Origin: Dictyostelium discoideum
Lineage: Eukaryota
Direction of reading: 5' to 3'
DNA: 64,000 nucleotides
NCBI GenBank assembly: GCA_000004695.1
Contig: CM000155.2
Span: forward strand, 1,376,001-1,440,000
Positions 1 to 9,821 of the stretch are shown here, piece by piece (position 1 is the first letter of the stretch; every line of letters starts with the position of its first letter). The translations under genes were made by a program, and so were the position numbers. The notes under the pieces were generated by a model. It was not told the DNA's origin. It did no database searches and saw nothing but the letters and a program-made list of their open reading frames with translations.

Positions 1-1
1 A

Positions 2-2288
2 TCCCAACATGTATCTATTATCGCAGGAGATTTCAACTGTATCCACAACGACAATTCACTATTAGACGATATTATCCAATCCTACACATACCAACACCAT
101 CTAATTGATCAAGGTGAATTTAAAAACACTCCAACTCATACACATGGCAACAGATTAGATAGAATATATACTCAATACAATAGAATAGACCCTGAAAATA
201 TATATACACAAGTCCACCAAATTCCATCTTCATTATCAGATCATAATCCAATATCAACAACAATTTCTTCACCTTTTCAAATAAATAAACATAAGAAAAG
301 ATGGATATTATCACCTGGTACTGCAAATGACCATGAAGCAATCAATATTATCAATCATTTAATAACTAATCACAATAACACATCAATCAATCAATTTACA
401 AACTGGTCAAAAGTAAAATCAAAAATTATTAAAACTCTAAAAAACTATCAATATAACAAAGACAAACAAACTCAACGTGCAAAACAAATACTATTAGAAA
501 AAGCAGCAAAATTCAAACATCTTGAAGAACAATGCATCGCTGAATACAATATTATATGTAACAAAAACAAATTACATCAAAACCACACAAACATATTAAA
601 AAAACATATAAATTTAGAAATACCTAGCAAGTATCTATCAGCAATACTAAACAAAAGATCAAAAGATGCAAAAATTGAATCAATCCAATATGGTAACATC
701 ATTACATCCGACCCCGACCAAATTGAAAATGCGTTTGTTGAATTCTACACAAATCTATATAGCTTACAAATATGTTGTCCAATTACTCACCAGCTCATGC
801 TAAACACATGGCCCATCATAAAAAATGAATATTGGAATGGTTTAGACTCACCATTTATACAAGATGAAGTTGAAGCTGCAATTAAAACCTGTAACCCCAA
901 CAAATCACCCGGTCCAGATGGCGTTACAAATGCATTCTACATTAATCATCTAAACCAAGTTAAACCAATTCTCACTACATTATTCAACGATATACTAGAA
1001 AATCCTCACCACATCACAACAGAATTCACAGAAGGTCTTATACACACAATATACAAGAAAGGCAACCCCTTACTCATATCAAATCGTCGTCCCATTACAC
1101 TTCTAAACACTGATTACAAGATCCTCTCCAAAGTAATCAATGCACGTCTTCTGAGAATACTTCCTTTCATCATCAACAACAACCAAACTGGTTTCGTACC
1201 CCACAGATTCATCATAGACAACATCATCAACATCAATGAATTAATCAACTACCTCAAATCTAAAAACCTCCCTGGTATCATCACACTATTTGACTTCTTT
1301 AAAGCATTTGACTCTATCTCTCACGATAGTATTAAAAGAACATTAATTCATATTGGTATACCAATAAAATTAATAAATTTAATCCACAAGCTATTATCTG
1401 ACTCACAAGCAAAAATTTCAATTAATGGTAAAACGACCAGAAAATTCGATATTAAAAGAGGTGTAAAACAAGGTGACCCAATCTCAGCCACTTTATTTGT
1501 AATTGTAATTGAAATATTAGCAAGAACAATAAATGCAGACAATTCAATAATTGGATTACCAATTTCACCCAATCCACAAATTAAAATCAAATTTACCCAA
1601 TTTGCAGACGACTCTACAACATACAACATCAACTACGAACAACAACAACAATCAATCAAACATTTCGATAATTTCTGCGCTTCAACATCATCATCTTTAA
1701 ATTTTGACAAAAGTGCAATAATAGAAATCAACCCCCACAAAATCACTGATAAACACATAATAAACAACATTCCACAATCAAAAAGAATTCCAATAACCAA
1801 AAAAGATCAATCAGAAAGAGTTCTTGGCTATTTCTTTAATCATAATGGTTTACATAGGAAATTACCAGAAACAATGAAAACACTGATTAAATCATTAGTG
1901 CTATGGAAAACTAGTGGCACAACATTAAAAACAAAAACAACCATCATAAACACCTACTCACTATCACCAATAACATATTTATCATACCTTGAAGAATTTA
2001 CAAAAGATGAAGAAATTCAAATTAATAAATTAATCTCATGGTTTATGAATTCTCCCGCAAATTCTGAATCACCAACTCTCGATACCAATTCCATTGAAAA
2101 CAACACATCAACCATCCATTCACGTGCAAAAATACCTTTGATGTGTTATGATAGATCATTAAAACCATTAAAAGAAGGAGGTTGGGGTATGTGGAATATC
2201 CAATTACGACAAGTTGCTCAAAAGATTTGGATATACAACAGATTTTTACAAATGCATAAATCTGCAAACAATTCAATATACATGATAA
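2..2288 (+). mobile_element. 5'-truncated ORF2 (AP-endonuclease C-terminus + reverse transcriptase) of a non-LTR LINE-like (TRE-type) retrotransposon; continues into the assembly gap
   Basis: Single open frame from window start to the N-run (same frame as track ORF 797..2425). Motifs read directly: IIAGDFNC and SDHNPI (APE-type endonuclease C-terminal motifs); then RT motifs PGPDG, QTGFVPHRFI, FDFFKAFDSISHD, RGVKQGDPISATLF, FADDSTTY (YxDD box). Assignment to the dictyostelid tRNA-gene-targeted TRE class is inferred from host context only. Confidence 0.8.
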
Positions 2289-2388
2289 NNNNNNNNNNNN
2301 NNNNNNNNNNNNNNNNNNNNNNNNNNNNNNNNNNNNNNNNNNNNNNNNNNNNNNNNNNNNNNNNNNNNNNNNNNNNNNNNNNNNNNNN
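2289..2388. other. Assembly gap (100 N)
   Basis: Run of exactly 100 n characters. Confidence 0.99.
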
Positions 2389-2431
2389 TAATTTTTTTTT
2401 TTTTTCATTTTTTTTTTCTAATTAATTTTTA

Positions 2432-2830
2432 TTAATTTATTTTTATTAACTCCCTGAGTTGTTCAATTGCTTGATTTACCATATCACTGTAAACACTGCA
2501 CACAATTGAATTTTTTCTAGCTTTGTTACCTCTGGTGCATTTGATGTTTTTGCATTTTCCTTTGTATACAAAAAAGTCCAAATATAATTCGTTTTCTATT
2601 ACAGTTTTTACACAATGTTGGTGAAATTGTTTTGATTTTAATTCTAATGCTTCTAACATCATATTTGGATTTTTAACGATTAAAGCATCACCACTATTTA
2701 CATATAGTACTTTGGCTGCTTTTTCGAGGAATTTAGTCAAATTTTCCTCTGAATCTAACTATTCTTCATTGCCATATTCAATGGCTAAATTTCTTAAGAG
2801 TTTTATCGAATCTATTAATTCTTCGATCAT
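2432..2830 (-). CDS. Small hypothetical ORF, unidentified; N-terminal 23 codons (MIEELIDSIKLLRNLAIEYGNEE) lie in a different frame from the 102-aa track ORF, so a frameshift or sequencing error next to the gap is likely
   Basis: Track ORF 2432..2740 (102 aa, contains FFVYKGKCKNIKCTRGNKARK). Upstream minus-strand ATG at 2830 opens a second frame that stops at TAG and abuts the first ORF. Moderate GC and no homopolymers suggest coding, but I could not match a family. Confidence 0.25.
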
Positions 2831-3066
2831 TCTTTTTTTTTGAAATTTTTTTTTATTTTGTTTTTTCAATTTTTTTTTTTTATTTTGTTTTTTCAATTTT
2901 TTTTAAGTTTTATTTTTTTTTATTTTTTTTTATTTTTTTTAACAAATGTAATTTTTTTTTATTTTTTTCAATTTTTTTTTTTTTTTAATTTTTAATTTTT
3001 TTTTTTTTTTTTAATTTTTTGTGTTGATTTGTGTTTTTTTTGTTTTTTTGATTTGGCCACTTGTTT

Positions 3067-5360
3067 TTATTTTCTAATTTCCCCATACCCCCTTCTATTA
3101 ATTGCAACCAAATCAAGTTCTAATTTTTGTGTCCTTGTTAACTTTGTTTTTGCAACTTTTTTTGAAGGTATCACATTAACGATTTTTCCTATTGATGGTG
3201 ATTTGGAAGGTGATTTAAATGGTGATTTAAAAGGTGAATTGGAAGGTGATTTAAATGGTGAATTGGAAGGTGAAATGGATGGTGATTTGGAAGGTGATTT
3301 AAATGGTGATTTGGAAGGTGATTTAAATGGTGATTTAAATGGTGAATTGGAAGGTGAAATGGATGGTGATTTGAGAGGTGATTTGGATGGTTTAGAATGT
3401 GATTTTAAAGGAGGTTTATTAACAATTGGTATCTTATGAGGACGGCCTCTGAGACGTTTAACAGTTGTTACTATACCACTACCAGATTGTGGTATAGTAT
3501 ACGATGGTATTATTTGCACTTGAGGTATTGGTGGTACTATTTCTTTTAAATTCATATCCTTTCTCAAACAATTCATTAAATTTGGCGCTGTTGGATTATT
3601 ATTTAAAAATGGGAGTATTTCTTCTTGTTCCATTTCATTATTGAGTTTGTGTTGAAATGGATTATCGTTAATGATAGGTGGAATATTTGATGGATTGTTA
3701 AGAGCATCTTCCAAAACCCTAAATGGATCATTTTGTGTTACCAATTGATGCAAGTTGAAATTGGATAAATCCTTACCAAGATTTTTAATAAACTGAACCA
3801 GAAATTCAATAACTTTCCCATCATTATTTAAATAAAGACCAGAAGTAAAAGAATCAATATCTTTTTGTATGTTTGGCGATGTTCTAAAAATATCAACTGT
3901 TGATTGTTTATAAAGAACCAACTTGTTACCTCCTACAAAACCAGAGTATAAACCTTTTTTTTGAAGGCTATTGATTCCATCTTCCAAAAATTCAAGTTTA
4001 TAAAGTTGTTTAGTGTCTTCCTGTATTACCTTATGAATTTTACACAAAATCAATATTTTCTATTAGAATTAAATATAAAATTTGTTAATTATTACTGTTT
4101 CATATATTATTAATCTTTATGTTTTAATTACTTACATTATTTTTTTTAATTTCTAGAAAGAGTACAGTATCACCAACTTTCAATCCCTTTGGTGGTTTTG
4201 AATTCCATTGATTTTGGTAACTTGTGAGATTTTCAAGAATAATAGCTGTTCTTTCTTCTTTTGAAACATCTGAAACACCAATTGATTGAGAGTCTTGTTC
4301 TGATTGAACATTAATAAACAAAGGAACAATACCAACAGCTTGAGATGGTTTCATTTTAATTGTTCTTGTTTTTGTATTATTGTAATCATACAAAGCTTGT
4401 TTTAATAGTTCAGAAAGAGACCTAGAAGTACCATCAAGAAAACTAAAATTTATTTATAAATGATTAATTAATAAACATATCGATAATTTATATTGTTCAC
4501 AATATCATACTCTTGTTGTTTTAATTTTGAGATCCTCTCCTTGATAGTTCGATTCAATCTTTCTACCATACCTTGAGTTGTTGGTGTACGAGGAGCTCCA
4601 TGTGCTGACTTGGAGCCTGGAAAAAGTTTTAGGAATTCTTTTTGGACTTTGTTTTTAAATTCACGTCCATTATCGCAGTGCCATACTTTCACAGGTTTGC
4701 CAAAGTACGTGAGAGCCAAAAAATTGTATATGGGAACTGTTCTCTTTGTTGTCAAACATCTAAAAAATAAATGATAATTAAAATAAAAAAAGAAAACTAA
4801 TAAATTAATAAATAAAAAATAAATACCTTCCAGTAGCAAATTTTGTAAAAGAATCTATGCATAGAATAATGTAAACAACATCGGTGTCGTACGGTTGTAC
4901 AGAGTCATATTGGATAAGATCATCTAGTTTAGTTAGTATCTTTTCATTATCATCATCGTATGTAACTTTTTCTTTATGTTCACCTTTAATTGATGTTAAA
5001 TCATAAACCAATCTTGAGTATTCCTCGGTATCTACAATTGGAGCAAAATCCTTTGTTATACCTATTAATTTATTTAAATTATTAAAAGAGTTTTAATATA
5101 AAAGTTACAAAACATCATATAAAAATGATTGATACCAAACCTTTTATTCTATTTCGTTGGCAAATGTCACACGTATCTACTGCATCAGATACAAAAGAAT
5201 ACAATCCCATATTATAATATTTAGTCTTGTAGTTCCCATAGGTTGCATCTCTTCCTATATGACCTTTATGCATTTCTTCCCAGAGTGATACCATTCTATA
5301 ATCATTAATTACTTCTAAACACACTTCTTTTGATATATTTCTATCTCCGCCACAATTCAT
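3067..5360 (-). mobile_element. Degenerate Ty3/gypsy (chromovirus; skipper/DGLT-like) integrase fragment: HHCC zinc finger, DDE core, C-terminal GPY/SH3-like region, possible chromodomain-like segment, then a novel AT-hook + (SPxK)n tail; frame-disrupted
   Basis: Minus-strand ORF pieces in reading order. 5360..5115: H-x3-H...C-x2-C (HKGHIGRD...CDICQRNR). 5011..4805: IDSFTKFATG. 4839..4468: VWHCDNGREFKNK...HGAPRTPTTQGMVERLNRTIKE, the classic retroviral-type integrase core. 4393..4124: ALYDYNNTKTRTI...KGLKVGDTVLF. 4053..3067: KIHKVIQEDTKQLYKLEFLEDG, then KRLRGRPHK and SPxK repeats. The frames of successive pieces differ. The junction at 4468/4393 cannot be rescued by any GT-AG splice in any phase, so it is a true frameshift. 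No RT or RNase H lies upstream (5360-5800 is poly-A), so the element is truncated. Confidence 0.75.
3195..3425 (-). repeat. About 19 tandem 12-bp units (ggtgatttggaa/ggtgatttaaat/ggtgaattggaa on plus strand) encoding an (S-P-x-K)n repeat (KSPSKSPFKSPSNSPF...) at the C-terminus of the integrase-like ORF
   Basis: Periodicity visible directly in the sequence; the minus-strand translation gives SPSK/SPFK/SPSN/SPSI units. The AT-hook-like RGRP lies just upstream (plus 3441-3463, ggacggcctctgagacg). Confidence 0.9.
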
Positions 5361-5579
5361 GACTTTTTTTTCAATTCTAAATAATTTTTCTTTTCTGTTT
5401 CTGTTTTTTATTGGTCAGAATTTAAAAAATGATTGTGTTATTGTAAGGAAAAATATTTACTCATCATGTAAAAATTTATAATTTTTATGTTTAGTATTTT
5501 CAAAATTATTATCTTCAATAAATTTTAAATAATTTATAATTTCATTTATTTTATCTTGTTTCATTTTGGGAAAATGAAA

Positions 5580-5614
<35 letters not shown>

Positions 5615-5809
5615 TGTTGGGGAAAAAAAAAAAAAGTTTTGGCGCAAAAAAAAAAAAAAAAATTAAATTAAAAAAAAAAAAAATTAAATTAAAAAAAAAA
5701 AAAAATAAAAAAACTTATATAGAACTAATAATCAAATAAAAGATAATAATTTAATAAACTTTATTTGTTTTTTGAAAAAAAAAAAATTTAGGGTCAGTGA
5801 TTTTTTTTT

Positions 5810-5875
5810 TTCACTACGCTACTGTAGTGAAATTAAATAATAAAATTCACTACGCTACTGTAGTGAAATTTTATT
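5810..5875. repeat. Two direct copies of a 26-bp element (attcactacgctactgtagtgaaatt), each containing an inverted repeat tcactac-gctac-tgtagtga (hairpin potential)
   Basis: Exact duplicate 32 bp apart (5823-5848 and 5855-5880 approx). It sits between the poly-A tract that follows the integrase fragment and the first codon of the truncated paralogue A. Confidence 0.9.
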
Positions 5876-6979
5876 GAAAATTCCCTACAACAATAATCAT
5901 ATTCAAAATTTAGATAAACAAATTGATATCAATAATAAGTTATTAAATGAATCAAATAATTTATTTAAACCATTAGAAGATAAACACACTGAAAATGTAA
6001 ATACAATCACAAAAGTATTTAAAGAACTCTCCAAATTATTACCAATCATTGAAATTGATAAAATCAAACAATTAGTAACACTCTATGATGAAAATAAAGA
6101 TATCAATACAAACATTTCAACCATTATACATGATAATTTAAATAATATTAATTTAATTACAAATAAATATAAAAATACAATAAATCAAATAAATATTGAT
6201 CAAATCATTAATAACAATAAAAATAATTATCAACATATTGAAATATTAAAACATTGTCATCAATCACAATTATTAATAAAAGATAATCAAAATGAAAATA
6301 AAATCAAAGAATTAATAAATCAATATAAAAATGTAAATATTGTAAATAATAGTAAACAAGTTAAAGAATCAATTAAAGAAATATTTGAAATTAGCGATTC
6401 TCTCTCTATTGCAAATGTAAAAGACCCAAAAAGAGTTACTGGTAAATATTTTAAAAAAATATAAATATAATAATAATTGTGGTATTTGTTTTATTTTAAT
6501 TATTAATATTAAATTATTTATTTAAAGTTACAGGAAAAGGATATTTTATTTATAAAAATGATTCTATCATTCCAAATGGTACTACTCATGTAGCGATTGC
6601 ACCAAGTGTTAGAACAATTAAAATAGGTTCAATTCCAACATCGATTCAATATTTGGTATTACTTGATGGATTTAATGTTCAACTAAAAGAAGGTATGCTA
6701 CCGCAATCAATTATATATCTATATGTTGGTGCAATTAAAAAACCATTGTTAAAAGGTTCAATACCAAATAGTGTTACTGGTTTGTTTTTATTAGATGGAT
6801 TTAATCAAGAAATAACTGAAATACCACAATCATCTTGTTTATACCTTTTTGATACTCCTTTGACAAATTTCCCATTTCAAAATCTAATTTACAGAAGCCC
6901 AAAATATAAACAACAACTCACTCACTCAAAGGTTGGTAATTGGGATGGTCGTAATTATGATCCTATAATTGAACTTTAA
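5874..6979 (+). pseudogene. Paralogue A of a B-box/coiled-coil/FNIP-repeat gene family, 5'-truncated: no B-box and no ATG; exons 5874-6441 and 6528-6979
   Basis: Homology to copy C read directly (..IEILKHCHQSQLLIKDNQNE..KDPKRVTG vs ..IELLKHSYQTQILLNEQDDD..KDPKRVKG). Intron 6442-6527 (GTAAAT...TTTAAAG), phase 1, at the same position as the copy-C intron. Exon 2 encodes VLLDGFNVQL...GSIPNSVTGLFLLDGFNQEI (FNIP-like repeats). The open frame starts at TTG immediately after the 26-bp repeat, and there is no Met codon in 196 codons. Confidence 0.6.
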
Positions 6980-7270
6980 AATATATTTATGTTTGGTAAT
7001 AACAAATGGAAATCCATCTATAAATTTCTCTTTTTTTTATTTCATTATTTTTTTAAAATTGTTTTAAAACGATAAATGAAGAAAAAAATTTATTTTAAAT
7101 TTCCACATTTAAGTTTACCACTTTTTTTATTTTGAACATAAAATTTATTTTCCAAAGAGTTAAATAAATCACATTATTATAAAATTACACATTTTTGTTT
7201 TATTTTTTTCCTTTTTGAGATAAAAATTGTTTTTTTTATATCTAAATATTATCATTAAAAATGAAACAAC

Positions 7271-7325
<55 letters not shown>

Positions 7326-7640
7326 AAGAATACCAAAAAAAGAACTCTAACCAAAATAATAAAAATCATTAAAAAAAAGTGATTTTTATTTTTTACATTC
7401 TATTTTAATTACCTTTTATATGTAGAATGTATCTACCAAATCCAGAAAAATAATTTCCATATGAGCAAAGAAATTGTATTAAATAAAATTTATTTTTATT
7501 AACTATTTAGGCGATTTAAATTTTAAATGTATTTTTTTTTATATAAAATGTAAAAAAACTCGATTTTAAATTTATAGAATAGTATTTTATAATTAAAAAA
7601 ACAATAACACAAATTAAAGAAGATTCCAAAAACTATGATA

Positions 7641-8660
7641 TGAAATGTGAATTTCATGAAGAAAATAAATATAAATTGATATGCCCAACATGTAAAGTTG
7701 CAATGTGTAAAGTTTGCATAATCAGTAAAGGTCATCGTGGTCATGAAACTGAGTTGATTACAAAAGATAGTATTGAACCAATAACTAAAGAATTTAAAGA
7801 TATTAATTTCAAATCAATACAAGAATGTTCAAATAATATTAAATAAAATTTAGAAATATCAAATAAAAAGTTTTATAAAATTGAAAAAGAATATTCAAAA
7901 AATGAAAACTTTGGAACCAAATGAATTCAAGAAAATAAACAAATTATTACAAAAAACAGAAAATGATAAAATTAAAGAACTTTCAACTCATTTTAATACA
8001 AATAAAGAAATCAATACAACATTTCAACTTTGGCAAATAAAAATTTAAAAAATATTGATCAAATTCAAAAGAAATTAAAAGAATTAAGAGACTTTAATGT
8101 GGAATCATTAAATGATAATGATAACAATAGTAATGATAAGGATAAGATTTTAGATTTTTTAAAACATTATCATCAAACCAAAATTGTTTTAAAAGAAATT
8201 TCTTATGAAAGTGAAAGTGAAATTAATGAATTATTAAGTGAATATGAATATATTACCAAACGGTACTCCATATTTAGAATTAGGACCAAGCATAAAGAAT
8301 TTGAAAGCTGGTTCTATTCCTACAACTGTAGTCTATATTATTTTACTAAATGGATTTAATTTCCAACTTTTAAATGGTATTTTACCAAGTTCACTTCAAG
8401 TATTATATGTTGGAGCTATCGAAAAACCATTATTGAATGGTTCAATACCATCAAATGTTTCCACACTCGTTTTATTGGATGGATTCAATCAAAAAATATC
8501 TGAAATACTACCAAGGATTAGTGTTGTATATGTTGGTGATATTCATTCAGAAGAAATTCCACTAAAAAGTACTATCCAAATTAAAAAATCCCCTTCTTGT
8601 AAACAACAATTCAACAATAGCAATTATGTATACGAATGGGAAGGATGTAAGGAAAAATAG
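7641..8660 (+). pseudogene. Paralogue B of the B-box/coiled-coil/FNIP family: intact B-box (MKCEFHEENKYKLICPTCKVAMCKVCIISKGHRGHE), then at least four frame changes; intron-less at the position where copies A and C carry an intron
   Basis: Track ORFs 7640..7846 (B-box), 8030..8359 (coiled coil, LKHYHQTKIVLKEISYESESEINELLSEYEYI) and 8238..8660 (LPNGTPYLELGPSIK..LNGFNFQL..LLDGFNQKI) lie in different frames. Between 7847 and 8040 there are two more short frame-shifted pieces homologous to the copy-C coiled coil. Confidence 0.55.
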
Positions 8661-9732
8661 TTTAATTAGAGGAAATTAAAAAAACAATAAATAATATTAG
8701 TTATTAGAAAGATTTTTAAAAGAGATTATTATAATTTTTTTTTTTTTTCTAAAAATCATTATATAATTTGTTGTTGCTGTTTCTCTTTTTGTTGCTTTCT
8801 AATTCTGCTAATTTCTTTTCTATTTCTTGTTCTTTTCTCAACTTGATCCATGTTTTCTAATTTTTCACCTTTTTCAGCTTTTTCTTTTTGTTAAATTTAA
8901 GTTTTCTTTGTTTTTCTTGTTGTTTTTCACGAGTTCTTTAATTCTTGTTTTTCTTTTGCTTCGTTATCTCTTCTTTTTCCTCTTTCTTTCTTTGTTTTTC
9001 TTTTTGTTGTTTGTTGTTGTTTTTAAAATTTTATTTCTTTTCAATCTTTTACTCATATTCTAATTGTAATTGTTTATCTTTTTCAAGTTTTTCTTTTATT
9101 TCTCTTTCTTTTTCAATTGAGCTTATTGTTATTGGTTTCTATTTTTTTCTTCTTTTTTTCTTCTATTTCTATTTCTCTTTCCAATTCCATTTGAGTCAAT
9201 TTTTCTTGTTTTTCTCTTTGATATTTTTTTTTGGTCTTTTTGAATGCATTCTAGGTCACTTTGTTCTTGTTTCTTTTTCCAATGGTTTTTTATTTTCAAA
9301 TTGTTTCTCTGATTGAAAGATTGATTTCACGTCTACTGAGAATGCAGATTGTTTCTCTTTCTAATTGAAGACCAGATTGATATTATGTTGTAATATTACC
9401 CATTGTTGTTGATGAATTGACATCAGAATCAGCAGAATTGAAACAGCTAAACAATATAAATTATTCCATCTTGAGGGTAGACGTAATATTAGAGTTAAAA
9501 GTTGATTTAAATCATTGATAGTGATGGAAAAAAAAAAAAAAATGAAAAAAAAAAAATAAAAAAAAATAAAAAATAAAAAAAAAAAAAATAAACTAGATTA
9601 ATACGAGACAGATCAATTAAATATTTTTTAAAAAAAATAATAATAATAATAAAATAAAATTATTTATTTGAAAAAAAATAAAAATAAAAATTAATTAAAT
9701 TATAATTTTTTGATTTTAATTATTTTTGGAAG

Positions 9733-9764
<32 letters not shown>

Positions 9765-9821
9765 GAATATTTTTTTTTTTTTTTTTTTTTTTTGATTTTA
9801 TTTTTATATTTATATTTAAAA

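Noticed and set aside
4393-4468. Attempt to join integrase pieces 4839..4468 and 4393..4124 by an intron
   Set aside because: I tested all donor phases against every AG in the 75-nt interval and none restores the frame; it is a genuine frameshift.
7169-9316. Track ORFs 7169..7369, 7523..7744, 8827..9063, 8945..9316 (poly-F/L/S peptides)
   Set aside because: They are translations of homopolymer or pyrimidine-rich tracts with no codon structure and no start context; composition artefacts.
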